From Chlamydiota bacterium (GTDB lineage Bacteria; Chlamydiota; Chlamydiia; Chlamydiales; SM23-39), in contig JABDHH010000001.1 of the NCBI GenBank assembly GCA_013285585.1, positions 6,400 through 70,399 on the forward strand: a stretch of DNA of 64,000 nucleotides, written 5' to 3'. The position numbers and the translations under genes were made by a program. Shown here piece by piece: positions 18,428-27,828 of the stretch (positions are counted from its first letter, which is position 1; each line of letters begins with the position of its first letter). The notes below the pieces were generated by a model. The model ran no database searches, was not told where the DNA came from, and worked only from the letters and a program-made list of their open reading frames with translations.

Positions 18428-19392
18428 ACCGACTCTTTTTTGCCCTGTGCTTCCAACCACATCAATCGTTGGGGCTCGAGTTTTTTGAACCATTCGTCTT
18501 TTGAAAGATCATCGTAAGCTAACGCGGCAAATTCCCGACCTTTTGCTCCATAAATTAGAGCCAACTCCTCATAAACCAACCCACGGATAGAAGGGAGTAT
18601 CTCTATGGGTATATCCAAAGATTGCGACTTTACCATAGAATCGTAAGTCTCAAGGAGAGGCAGCAAAAGACTTAAAGCTTCGTCAGTACGATCCAGCAAA
18701 CGCAAGGCTCTTGCTACTGCCCATTCGGCAACTCGGATATTACAAGCATGTCCTTCTTGTTTCCGGATGCTTTTGGCTTTTTCAAGGGAATCAAGAGCGC
18801 GTGCATATTGCTTCTTTTCAATGTAAGCATGGCCTAAATTATTGTAGAGGCTTCCAAGCCACATACGAGCTCGAGAAATAGTTGAGCGTTCTGCAAGAGT
18901 AATCGCTAAAGCATTCCATTTGATTTTTTCATCAGGTGTATTTGCGACAATTGCAATCATATGAGCAGCATTACAGCGGTGATAATCCAAATGATGAGCT
19001 GCGGCCAAATCATACGATTTCTGAAAGAACGGCCTTGCTGCAGGGCTATCTCCTTGTTGCATCAACACCCGTCCGCGTTCCAGCAGAATGCGTGCTTTCG
19101 CCACGTGATCTTCAGGATTAAGGAAATTCTCAGCTGTATTGAGAGTTTCATTGGCTACATGGAATTTTTTTTGCATGGCCTGAGCCAACGCTATCTGTGA
19201 GAGAATTTGCACATAGATTGATTTATTCTCGACTGCTTGGGGAAGCAATTCTGTGAGATTTCTCTCGATCTCAACGGGTTGACCTACAAAAAGATCGTCA
19301 AAATTTTCGAATTTTATCATGGAAGGTGCGAGTATGATGTTATTCATGAGCGTTCTTTTCTCTGGAGCTTTGCGATTCGATAAAGTTTGCAT
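18424..19392 (-). CDS. tetratricopeptide-repeat (TPR) protein
   Basis: 322 aa of helical repeat sequence (e.g. LGSLYNNLGHAYIEKKQYARALDSLEKA). The stop overlaps the hydrolase ATG (ATGA). An alternative start at 19347 (MNNIIL) is possible. Confidence 0.65.
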   Translation of the reverse strand: MQTLSNRKAPEKRTLMNNIILAPSMIKFENFDDLFVGQPVEIERNLTELLPQAVENKSIYVQILSQIALAQAMQKKFHVANETLNTAENFLNPEDHVAKARILLERGRVLMQQGDSPAARPFFQKSYDLAAAHHLDYHRCNAAHMIAIVANTPDEKIKWNALAITLAERSTISRARMWLGSLYNNLGHAYIEKKQYARALDSLEKAKSIRKQEGHACNIRVAEWAVARALRLLDRTDEALSLLLPLLETYDSMVKSQSLDIPIEILPSIRGLVYEELALIYGAKGREFAALAYDDLSKDEWFKKLEPQRLMWLEAQGKKESV

Positions 19393-19843
19393 AAGTTCGT
19401 AAACTTACGCGGGTTTGCTCAGAAAACGGCTGATTTCGCAGCGCTTCAATAAGGCTAGAGACTTTCTCAAAATAGTGAGTCTTCTGAAATCGAACCTCTT
19501 TGGGAAGCCCTATCGAGTAGAGATAGAGGCACAATTCCTTTAGTCTCAAAGCGCACTCTGATTGTTTCTCAGCTTCTTCAATCATTGCCAATTCGTAGAA
19601 CAAATCGGCGCCGAGCACGCATTTATCCGTTTCAAGCCGACCTGCGAAGTCTTTGAAATGAGCAAGCATATATTCGTGATCGTAAAGGAGCAACAAATCG
19701 AGGTCCATTCTCAAAAAATAGCGCGCCGCGATGCGAACCTGTTCCCGAGTTTCTTTATATTCGCCAGCCTTTCTGCGGTGCATGATCGCCAAGAGCGCTT
19801 GAACAAATTGCTCTACGATTCTCATGATGTAATCCTGGTGCAT
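19340..19843 (-). CDS. hypothetical helical protein (possibly DUF6483-like)
   Basis: 167 aa with N-terminal QDYIMRIVEQFVQALLAIM. Sits in the operon between the beta-lactamase-like and TPR genes. Confidence 0.45.
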   Translation of the reverse strand: MHQDYIMRIVEQFVQALLAIMHRRKAGEYKETREQVRIAARYFLRMDLDLLLLYDHEYMLAHFKDFAGRLETDKCVLGADLFYELAMIEEAEKQSECALRLKELCLYLYSIGLPKEVRFQKTHYFEKVSSLIEALRNQPFSEQTRVSLRTYANFIESQSSREKNAHE

Positions 19844-19899
19844 GATGCGTCCTTCTGGGGGAACTCAGATTCCCCCAGGCTACCTGGAGAGATTGTCTC

Positions 19900-21675
19900 T
19901 CAATTTTTTACTATCAAACTGAAGGATTGACCCGCTTGTTGGAGCCGCAACTCTGATGCTTTCCCGTCGGCTCCTACAACAAACTCCATCGCGCAATCAG
20001 GAACTTCTTTGATCGAGAAGCGATTCCGTTTCTCAGGTTTCATCACACAAGAAGGTGTGCCTGGAACAATTGCTATCAGATGGCTCCCGTTCAACGCGAT
20101 CTCCATGGGAAAAAGAGGGCCCTCGAAGACTCCGATAAAGTTTTTCAAGTATGCAGCCACGATCAGTTCGTTCGAGGCTTTGCGTTTGAAGACAATCGGC
20201 GCCAATTTGGGTTCGAAAGAGACATGCAATTCCGAAATGTCCCCAGATCGGTTGGAAACAAAGGAGCCCCCTATTTTTGCCTCTTCTCTTGACTCCATGG
20301 ATAGGTTAAAATAATCGTAGCCTGTATGGCTGACCCAATAGCGAATATCATTGTGAGATGCGATTAGAGCACCATCCTTCAGATCGATCTGTATGACACC
20401 ATAACCAGGATGTTCGAAATCGCCAGCGTATTGATCCAGAGGACGCAAGAGATTGAACTCAGAGGTCGCTTCTTCGCTACCCCCTGATTTCTTCATCCTC
20501 TCTTTCATTTGGTTTTCTTTTTCTTCGACTTTGGAGAGCCATGAGTCATTTTCCTTTCCAAGCAATAAATCGCCGATTCCATAGGCTGCCATCATAGGGA
20601 AAAATCCGTGGCTGTCAGAATTCGTCAAAATGACGACCCCTAATCTTTCTTTTGGATAAAGAGTTACTTCCGAAATGAATCCATCAATGCCTCCTCCATG
20701 TGCCACGATATAGTGTCCTTCATGAAGGCCTGTGAACCATCCCAACCCGTACCCAAATATATCCTCAAAAATTGGGTCATGTACGGGCATATGGACACGG
20801 TGCATGTCTTTCAAGGTCTCTTTACGGATCAACGGCTTTCCGTCGAGGTCGCCTTCGGCAAGCTGCATTTTAACCCATTTCACCATGTCTTTCACTGAAG
20901 AATTAATAGAACCTGCAGGTCCAATATTCGAGAGGTTCCTAAAGGGAATCACGTGAATTTGCTCATTTTTTTCAGTATGGGGAGAAGCAAAATCCTCCGC
21001 TTGTTGCGATACATCGACCGAAAAATTGGAACGGGTCATGCCGAGAGGTTTAAAAATCCTGTCATCAACGAATTCTTCCCAAGTGTTTCCCGAGACTTTC
21101 TCCATCACAAGGCCGGCAACGCCATACATAAAATTATTGTATTGAAATTTCTCACGAAGATCGCAGGTAGGTTCCAAATGTTGGAGTCGATTGAGGATCT
21201 CCTGCCGAGAAAATTTCGAATTATACCAGGCAAGGTCATGGCGGGGCAGCCCCGATCGATGCGTAACCAAATCTCGGATTGTCAGATGGTGGGTCGCATG
21301 AACGTCCTGGAGCCGGAATTCTGGCAGATACTTGATCACCGGATCGTCCCAAGCAAGGAAACCTTCATCTACTAATTGCCCTAAAGCAAAGGTTGTAAAT
21401 GCTTTGGAACAAGACCCAATGGCAAATAAGGTATTTTCAGTGACAGGCGATGGGTCAGAAAAGCTTCGAACTCCGTATCCCTTCATGAAAATCACTTTTC
21501 CATCCACAACGACCCCAACGGCCATCCCCGGAATCTGAAAGGTTTTGAGGGCCTGGCTCATCATGGCGTCTATTTTCTCCAGTCTCTCTTTAAGAGCTGG
21601 CGTCGGTTCGGAGGCAAGATTGCCTCCGATTAAAGATAGTGTCCCAAGAGCGGCAAAGAAAGTGTTTTTAATCAT
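19900..21675 (-). CDS. secreted serine hydrolase, class C beta-lactamase/PBP-like (S12) with C-terminal extra domain
   Basis: 591 aa with a signal peptide. SxxK (SCSKAFT), YxN (YNNFMYG) and an HGG third motif. About 150-aa C-terminal beta-rich domain. Confidence 0.8.
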   Translation of the reverse strand: MIKNTFFAALGTLSLIGGNLASEPTPALKERLEKIDAMMSQALKTFQIPGMAVGVVVDGKVIFMKGYGVRSFSDPSPVTENTLFAIGSCSKAFTTFALGQLVDEGFLAWDDPVIKYLPEFRLQDVHATHHLTIRDLVTHRSGLPRHDLAWYNSKFSRQEILNRLQHLEPTCDLREKFQYNNFMYGVAGLVMEKVSGNTWEEFVDDRIFKPLGMTRSNFSVDVSQQAEDFASPHTEKNEQIHVIPFRNLSNIGPAGSINSSVKDMVKWVKMQLAEGDLDGKPLIRKETLKDMHRVHMPVHDPIFEDIFGYGLGWFTGLHEGHYIVAHGGGIDGFISEVTLYPKERLGVVILTNSDSHGFFPMMAAYGIGDLLLGKENDSWLSKVEEKENQMKERMKKSGGSEEATSEFNLLRPLDQYAGDFEHPGYGVIQIDLKDGALIASHNDIRYWVSHTGYDYFNLSMESREEAKIGGSFVSNRSGDISELHVSFEPKLAPIVFKRKASNELIVAAYLKNFIGVFEGPLFPMEIALNGSHLIAIVPGTPSCVMKPEKRNRFSIKEVPDCAMEFVVGADGKASELRLQQAGQSFSLIVKN

Positions 21676-23558
21676 TTTAATACCTCAACTTTCATGTATT
21701 TATTTAAAAAATTCTCGACTTCATTTGCGAATAGAATCATGTTTTCAGGTCGGGCAAAACCGTGGCCCTCATCGGAGATCACTACATACTCGACCTCTTT
21801 GCCTTTTTTCCGGATAGCGTCGACGATCTGATCGCTTTCCGATTGTTTGACACGAGGGTCGTTGGCTCCTTGAATGATCAAGAGAGGCCGACAAATCTGA
21901 TTCGCCTTGAAAAGAGGAGATCTCGATTCTAAAAATTCCCTTTCAGTTTGGAGGTTTCCCACCCGAACATTGAATATAGACCTAAAGGGTCCCCAATAAG
22001 GCGGGGCTGTTTCAATCAGCGTCGCAATGTTCGATGGTCCTACGATGTCGATGCCGCAGCAAAACTCTTTAGGAGTGAAGGTAAGGCCAACGAGCGTCTC
22101 AAAACCGCCATAGCTTCCTCCGGCAATCGCGACACGATCGGCTTTCGCAATTCCTTGGTCAATCAGCCAGTTTTTTCCATCGATGATGTCGCAATGCATT
22201 TTTCCTGCCCACTCTCGATTGCCCGCATTGAGATACTCTTTCCCATAACCGGTCGAACCGCGGAAATTGACTTGCAACACCGCGTAGCCTCGGTTAGCAA
22301 ACCATTGAACGATTGCGTTGTACCCCCAAATGTCTCGCGCCCAAGGACCGCCATGCACCCAAAGAACGGATGACAAGTTTTTAGGTTCCTTTCCATGCGG
22401 CAAGGTCAAGTAGCCGTGGAGAGTCATTCCGTCCCGAGCCTTAAATGTCACTGGCTTCATGGGAGAAAGCGGATACTTTTCCACTTGCGGTTTAGAGCTG
22501 AAAAGAAAGGTCGTTTTCTTGAGTGCCCGGTCGTAAATAAAATACTTCCCTGCATGAAGATCCGAAGTATGCTGAATAATCCAATGAGTATCTTTCAGGT
22601 TGCGGCTGACAATGCCAAACGTTTCATTCTCTTTCTTTAAAAGTGCAAGATCTGTCTCGATCGTTGGGTCGAGGACAATCCATTCATGCTTGTTCCGATT
22701 CACGGTAACGGCTTGGAGGGCATGAGTCTGCGGATGGAACAGTACTTGGCAGCCATGATCTCCGAGAACATCGTAATCGGGATCTTCGACCACAACTTCT
22801 TTGGATCCATCCGCAATATTCACTTTGAGAAGCCTAGTCACATTCGCATCGACATTCGAGACAACGTAGAGAAACTTTCCATCTGGTGAAAAACTGAAAA
22901 TGCCTCCGAATTCCTCAGCGCTCCAGCGCATTAGCTCCCGCCACTCCTCACCAACTTTGACGCGAACAATCGTCTCCCCTTCTGGACCGAATGCGGAGGA
23001 CGCCCGCACATTCAGATTCCAATCAGCGACCCACTGCAGAGTCCCGGTCGTATTTTCGACGACCCGATTCAGATCGCCCGTCTCCAAATCGACGCTGTAG
23101 ACATCGAATAAACCTCGATTTTCCTTGTTCATTTGAATGAGGATCCGATTGGGAAATTCAGGTCCGTGAGCGAGAAGACTCGCCTGAACGCCCTCGAAGG
23201 GGGTCAAACAACGGGTGATTTTCGTTTCCAAATGAGTCTGATAGAGATGCCAATTTTCATCGCCATCTTTATCTTGGATGTAGAGGATGCTTTTTCCATC
23301 GAATCGCCAAAAAAAGATTCTGATGCCCCGCTTCTCATCTGAAGTGATCTTCTCTTCTTTCGAACTCGCCAAATCCCTCACCCATACATTCATCACATTG
23401 TTTTCATCGGGCGCAAGATAAGCGAGTCTGGATCCGTCGGGCGAAAGAGCGGGAGACAATTTCTCGGGGTTGCCAAACAGCACCTCATTGGGGATATGCT
23501 GTGAAAAGGCGCATGCGCTGCAAAGCAGCAAAGTCGTAAGTGCAATGGTCAAATTCAT
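21672..23558 (-). CDS. S9-family serine peptidase (prolyl oligopeptidase/dipeptidyl peptidase-like)
   Basis: 628 aa with a signal peptide. N-terminal propeller-like region, then a hydrolase domain with GGSYGG, GANDPRV and DEGHGF. Confidence 0.85.
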   Translation of the reverse strand: MNLTIALTTLLLCSACAFSQHIPNEVLFGNPEKLSPALSPDGSRLAYLAPDENNVMNVWVRDLASSKEEKITSDEKRGIRIFFWRFDGKSILYIQDKDGDENWHLYQTHLETKITRCLTPFEGVQASLLAHGPEFPNRILIQMNKENRGLFDVYSVDLETGDLNRVVENTTGTLQWVADWNLNVRASSAFGPEGETIVRVKVGEEWRELMRWSAEEFGGIFSFSPDGKFLYVVSNVDANVTRLLKVNIADGSKEVVVEDPDYDVLGDHGCQVLFHPQTHALQAVTVNRNKHEWIVLDPTIETDLALLKKENETFGIVSRNLKDTHWIIQHTSDLHAGKYFIYDRALKKTTFLFSSKPQVEKYPLSPMKPVTFKARDGMTLHGYLTLPHGKEPKNLSSVLWVHGGPWARDIWGYNAIVQWFANRGYAVLQVNFRGSTGYGKEYLNAGNREWAGKMHCDIIDGKNWLIDQGIAKADRVAIAGGSYGGFETLVGLTFTPKEFCCGIDIVGPSNIATLIETAPPYWGPFRSIFNVRVGNLQTEREFLESRSPLFKANQICRPLLIIQGANDPRVKQSESDQIVDAIRKKGKEVEYVVISDEGHGFARPENMILFANEVENFLNKYMKVEVLK

Positions 23559-23564
23559 AAATAC

Positions 23565-24335
23565 CTATTTGTTAAAAAAATTTGTCGCAAAAACATCGAA
23601 TGCCTGATAGAGAAACTCCGTCAATTTCGGATGATACGCTGCGTAGTATTCCCTTTGATTCAAGAGGGCGTCTCGATATTTTAAAAAAATCTCCTGCGTC
23701 ATGAAATCAAATTGCGCTTGCAGGTCGTAATACCGTTTGACGATCTTTTGGGCTTCTTTGGAACTGGGGTCAAGCTCCTGTTCAACGGCCTTAACGGCAT
23801 CGTTCATTATCTGAATGGATTGATCTGTATATGCCTCGACCTGTTCTTCCGAAAGAGCCTCAATTTTTTTCTTGGTCCTTTCAAACGCCTCCTTTCCAAA
23901 CTTCTGGATCTGCATCTCTTCTACTTCTTTTACGATCGTTTGCAAGGAACTGAATTTTTCAAGTCTCTCCTTTTGATTCAAATTACAATTCGCATATTGC
24001 GGAAGAACCGTGTCGATCCAGTCCGCGTAACGCTTGAGCTTTTTTATCTCCTGCAGAAGGGCCTTTTTCCTTACTGTCAGGGTAGCCGCAGCCGCCTGAT
24101 TGGAATTCTTTGAGAGAAAGACCCCCTTGATCTTGGGCAAGCTGATGCCGACCTTTTTAAAGAAAACGATTTCAGCAAGGCGCATGAATTCTTTATCGCT
24201 GTAGACCCGCCTGCCGTTTGCCATCCGGATCGAGGGCTTGAGCAGGCCGATCTGATCGTAGTGGCGCAAGGTGCGGACCGTGACTCTGGTCTTTTTGGCG
24301 AGTGATGAAATGCTATATTCCATAAATTCCTGCAT
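23565..24335 (-). CDS. MerR-family regulator with TipAS-like C-terminal ligand domain
   Basis: MerR HTH (YSISSLAKKTRVTVRTLRHYDQIGLLKP) plus a ~140-aa helical C-terminal domain. First gene of a 7-gene same-strand cluster. Confidence 0.8.
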   Translation of the reverse strand: MQEFMEYSISSLAKKTRVTVRTLRHYDQIGLLKPSIRMANGRRVYSDKEFMRLAEIVFFKKVGISLPKIKGVFLSKNSNQAAAATLTVRKKALLQEIKKLKRYADWIDTVLPQYANCNLNQKERLEKFSSLQTIVKEVEEMQIQKFGKEAFERTKKKIEALSEEQVEAYTDQSIQIMNDAVKAVEQELDPSSKEAQKIVKRYYDLQAQFDFMTQEIFLKYRDALLNQREYYAAYHPKLTEFLYQAFDVFATNFFNK

Positions 24336-24423
24336 AGAAGAAGTTACGAGTATACAGGATTACGTAACGTCAACTACAACAGGAATATCTGTGAATATCA
24401 GAGAACAATAAAATACGAGGAAA

Positions 24424-24640
24424 TTGCTGTGTTGCATATATTTCATAAAAAGAGCAAATCAGGCATTGCAACACCTAAGCAGGAGATCAATTTGATCCTT
24501 CAACGATTTAAGCAAGCGCAAATTGATTATTGTGAATGGAAGAGAGAACAATGAAAAAGAAAAATTTTGATATTACTGAAGGCAATATCTTCGCAGATCT
24601 TGGGCTGACAGATTCTGATGAAATGCTCACCCGCTCCGAT
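24424..24640 (+). pseudogene. scar of a HigB/HigA-type TA locus (toxin 3' end plus antitoxin 5' end)
   Basis: 217 nt match 27236-27452 with about five mismatches by eye. Both ends of the fragment are broken. Confidence 0.85.
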
Positions 24641-24704
24641 GCTTAGACATTCGAAAATTTTATATAATCGAGACTAAGTGGATTGGGAATGCCCGGTCGG
24701 CGTT

Positions 24705-24740
24705 AAAACCTCGGTTGTTACCGAGGTTTTTTCGCTTTTT
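24705..24740 (+). terminator. rho-independent terminator-like hairpin
   Basis: AAAACCTCGG-ttgtta-CCGAGGTTTT followed by TTCGCTTTTT. Confidence 0.6.
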
Positions 24741-24915
24741 AGAGTATTCTCACGCTTAGCGCTTCCCCCCTTGCATCGATCGAGTCGTGATCGTCGATTC
24801 CAGGCTTCTCAATCCCTACCGTTTTCAGTGGGTCTAGGCTAGCACCACTGAACAAATACGAATTGTCCCTCTTCTTTTCAAATAGCTGACAATCGGATAA
24901 ACTTAGGGAAAGGTC

Positions 24916-25224
24916 ATGAAAATGAGCAGATTACCCATTAGGCTACCGAAAGAAAAGATCGAACGTTTTTGCAAAAAATATCACATTGCATACTTAGCTC
25001 TATTCGGCTCTGTGCTCACACCCAATTTCTCGGAGAAAAGCGATGTCGATATCCTTGTAAAATTCGAAAAAAAGCACACACCTCATCTTTTTGGTCTCAT
25101 TGGGATGGAGTCCGAACTCAGCGACATCCTCGGATATCGAGTAGACCTGAAAACACCCAACGAGTTGAGTCGTTATTTCCGTGACGATGTTCTGGCCAAA
25201 GCAAGGGCGATCTATGGAGAATAA
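24916..25224 (+). CDS. nucleotidyltransferase-domain antitoxin (MntA-like)
   Basis: 102 aa with the minimal NTase motif LFGSVLTPNFSEKSDVDILV (GS...DxD). Overlaps the downstream DUF86 gene. Confidence 0.8.
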   Translation: MKMSRLPIRLPKEKIERFCKKYHIAYLALFGSVLTPNFSEKSDVDILVKFEKKHTPHLFGLIGMESELSDILGYRVDLKTPNELSRYFRDDVLAKARAIYGE

Positions 25225-25558
25225 AGATCTTGCACGTCTTAAACACATGCTCGACTCCACACAAGCCATTCTTACTTTTGCCAAGGGCAAACAGAGAGCT
25301 TCCCTGGATAAAGACCTGCTCTTTCAGTCTGCAGTATTGCGGCAACTTGAAATCATCGGAGAGGCAGCAGGTCGAATTTCTGACAAAACAAAAAAGAAAT
25401 TTTCCTCTATACCCTGGAAAGAACTCGTGGGTCTAAGAAACAGGCTGATCCACGCTTATTTCGATGTCGATCATGACGTTATCTGGAAAACAATCAGGGT
25501 ATATCTTCCCCCTTTCCACGAACTACTACAACAGGTAGTCGCCAATTTCGAAGAATAA
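25214..25558 (+). CDS. HepT-like (DUF86/HEPN) toxin
   Basis: The Rx4HxY HEPN motif is in RNRLIHAYFDVD. Start ATG at 25214 overlaps the MntA stop. The ORF track extends it to 25181. Confidence 0.8.
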   Translation: MENKDLARLKHMLDSTQAILTFAKGKQRASLDKDLLFQSAVLRQLEIIGEAAGRISDKTKKKFSSIPWKELVGLRNRLIHAYFDVDHDVIWKTIRVYLPPFHELLQQVVANFEE

Positions 25559-25612
25559 AGGATATAGAAAAGCCTGTGCAGAGAAAATTTCCACCGAACT
25601 GTCATCAAAGAA

Positions 25613-25656
25613 CTCCGGGTGTAAGATTCGAACTTACGACCAATGGATTAACAGTC
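25613..25656 (-). repeat. partial tRNA-Asn 3' half (att-like direct repeat, copy 2)
   Basis: 44 nt identical to 32406-32449. Confidence 0.9.
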
Positions 25657-25830
25657 TAGAGAAAGCTCTTCCCTCCCCTGCCTTGGATTTCCTTAAATCA
25701 ACCAAGATTGCCAAATTCTATAGGAGAATCCGGATTGATATCCAGAAATTCTAAGTAACCTAAGGAGATCCGATGCAAGTCCAGGAAATCGGCAACTCCG
25801 TTGGATTTCCGTTATATTTCTGCAGAGTAC
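25657..25830. repeat. type-B islet arm (conserved non-coding end with two TTGGATTTC boxes)
   Basis: Homologous over ~175 bp to 29470-29640. TTGGATTTC at 25683-25691 and at 25801-25809. Confidence 0.7.
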
Positions 25831-25934
25831 GCCTCTTTACCTTGTCGTACTTTGCAAAACGTCATTCATCGGTCCCCGTTCCACGTTCTTCACATAAATT
25901 GGCCTTAAGGGAAAGAATCCCTTCGCCCACATAC

Positions 25935-26741
25935 TCAATTAAATGCAGCGAATTTTATTTTCATTTCGGTGAGCTGATCATAGAAGGGGCGTTCGTGTCG
26001 GTAAAACTCCAACCATTTCTCTCGATCTGTACAATCAATTTCTTCAAACAATGGATCTCCCTCTGTGTTGCGAGGGTAGATCCGCGTGCTCTTCTCGATG
26101 GCTACAGAATCATTCACATGGACGTACCACTTTCCTTTCCAAACGGGAGGATGAATAAAGTGGAGCGCTTTTGATAGGTAAGGCAGATGGAATCGCTCAC
26201 AGAAGTGAGCATAGCTAACAACCGGGTCAGCTTCCAACTCATCAGCATCTAGGTAGTATTCGATCTTGAGTTGTTCAGAGAGTCTGGCGAGTGACTCATA
26301 TCCAAGAAACACCAAGTCACAGTTGGGCTCCATTCGGTAGAGAGAGGGAAGGGATTTGATCGGATCGCGCATCAGTACCATGAAGTGAATATTTGGATCG
26401 GAAGTAAATGTTTCATCGGAACAGAGCCTATCCATCGCCGCAAAACCCATATCCTTGATGAAAACCGGTTTGGTTCGTGAAAGATCTCGAATGAACTTCT
26501 TCATCTCCTCATAGGAATTGGGAAACGCGGAGTCGAAGGTAGTTAACGCCTCGGAGTCTGAGAAGTGGTCTAAGTAATAGAGATAGGTAAACGGCTCGTG
26601 CAAAACAATAAGATCTTCTCGCTCCCGGATCATCCGCTCAAAAACAGTTGATAAAGACCGCGGATGAAAAAGCATGATGATAGGCTCTGACGCAAACAGA
26701 GGAACGACAAAGAAAATAAAAAGGCCAAATAATCGGCTCAT
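25935..26741 (-). CDS. hypothetical secreted protein, possibly sulfotransferase-like
   Basis: About 268 aa with a hydrophobic leader. HPRSLSTVFERM resembles a PAPS 5'-PSB loop and VLMRDPIKSLPSLY resembles a 3'-PB motif. This is a weak call from motifs only. Confidence 0.4.
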   Translation of the reverse strand: MSRLFGLFIFFVVPLFASEPIIMLFHPRSLSTVFERMIREREDLIVLHEPFTYLYYLDHFSDSEALTTFDSAFPNSYEEMKKFIRDLSRTKPVFIKDMGFAAMDRLCSDETFTSDPNIHFMVLMRDPIKSLPSLYRMEPNCDLVFLGYESLARLSEQLKIEYYLDADELEADPVVSYAHFCERFHLPYLSKALHFIHPPVWKGKWYVHVNDSVAIEKSTRIYPRNTEGDPLFEEIDCTDREKWLEFYRHERPFYDQLTEMKIKFAAFN

Positions 26742-26748
26742 AAACAAA

Positions 26749-26794
26749 CTCCGGGTGTAAGATTCGAACTTACGACCAATGGATTCACAGCCCC
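26749..26794 (-). repeat. partial tRNA-Asn 3' half (att-like direct repeat, copy 3, degenerate)
   Basis: Matches the tRNA 3' half with several substitutions near its inner end (ggattCacagCCccca). Confidence 0.8.
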
Positions 26795-26940
26795 CATCCC
26801 GGTATAACTCTGAACGCTAGCGATTTAACCAGAACCCTGTTTTCTTCTCAAGGGATTGAGGCTTCGTTCAGATCGGTTCTAAAAAATTCCCTTGGCTTCA
26901 GGTCAGTTGCGTAAAAAATGCGTAAAATCCTCACCATGAA
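26795..26940. repeat. type-A islet arm, second copy
   Basis: Homologous to 16549-16700. Degenerate tandem TTGCGTAAAAAA / TGCGTAAAAT at 26907-26928. Confidence 0.7.
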
Positions 26941-26994
26941 AAAAAGATTGTTTGCCTTTACAAAAATTACCAATATCGGTAATTATACTTCAGC

Positions 26995-27366
26995 ATGCAT
27001 AACACTTGCCCGATCAGACCTATTCTCTGGATTGGTTCTTCCAAAAAAGACTTGAAGGAGATGCCATTAGAGGTGCAAAAAGAAATCGGCCACTCATTGC
27101 GAGAGATCCAGAAGGGAAAAGATCCAGGGAATACCAAACCGCTTAGGCATCTACACGAGCCGATATCTGAAATCGTGGTCGATGAACGGAGCGGCACTTT
27201 TAGGGCTGCATACACTGTGGAATTCAAGGATGCGGTTGCCGTGTTGCATATATTTCATAAAAAGAGCAAATCGGGCATTGCAACGCCTAAGCAGGAGATC
27301 AATTTGATCCTTCAACGATTGAAGCAAGCGCAAATTGATTATTGTGAATGGAAGAGAGAACAATGA
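26995..27366 (+). CDS. HigB/Gp49-like (RelE/ParE superfamily) toxin
   Basis: 123 aa. WIGSSKKDLKEMPLEVQKEIGHSLREIQKGK ... FRAAYTVEFKDAVAVLHIFHKKS is typical of phage Gp49-like killer proteins. Confidence 0.75.
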   Translation: MHNTCPIRPILWIGSSKKDLKEMPLEVQKEIGHSLREIQKGKDPGNTKPLRHLHEPISEIVVDERSGTFRAAYTVEFKDAVAVLHIFHKKSKSGIATPKQEINLILQRLKQAQIDYCEWKREQ

Positions 27367-27731
27367 AAAAGAAAAATTTTGATATTACCGAAGGCAATAT
27401 CTTCGCAGATCTTGGGCTGACAGATTCTGATGAAATGCTCACCCGCTCCGATTTGCTATCTGAGGTAGTGAGCATCATTCGAAACAGCAGCTTAAGCCAA
27501 AAAGAAATCGCAGGAATTTTAGGCATTAGCGCCCCCAAGGTTTCTTCTCTGATGACTGGCAAAATTAACGATTTTAGTAATGATACTCTAATGCATTACC
27601 TCGCATTGCTTGGCTGCAACATAGAAATTCGGGTTCTTCTTGGACAACGACGTCTGTCCAAGTCGGTCAGAAGAGGTGCGGTCACTGTCAGAAGACGCTT
27701 TAGAAGAAGAAAGATTAAAGCTGCTCGTTAA
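27363..27731 (+). CDS. XRE-family HTH antitoxin (HigA-like)
   Basis: The ATG overlaps the toxin stop (ATGA). HTH is SQKEIAGILGISAPKVSSLMTGK. Confidence 0.75.
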   Translation: MKKKNFDITEGNIFADLGLTDSDEMLTRSDLLSEVVSIIRNSSLSQKEIAGILGISAPKVSSLMTGKINDFSNDTLMHYLALLGCNIEIRVLLGQRRLSKSVRRGAVTVRRRFRRRKIKAAR

Positions 27732-27828
27732 TTTTTTTAAGCTCTTTTGGATATGGGAGGGATTTTGAGAACTACTCTAGTTGTAACATGCTTTTTGCAG
27801 ACCTCTAGCATACAGTTAAAGCAGCTCG

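Noticed and set aside
25773-26174. 133-aa ORF starting in the type-B arm
   Set aside because: Its first part lies in the conserved non-coding arm, whose homologue at 29.5 kb is not open in that frame. The rest is antisense to the 25935-26741 gene.
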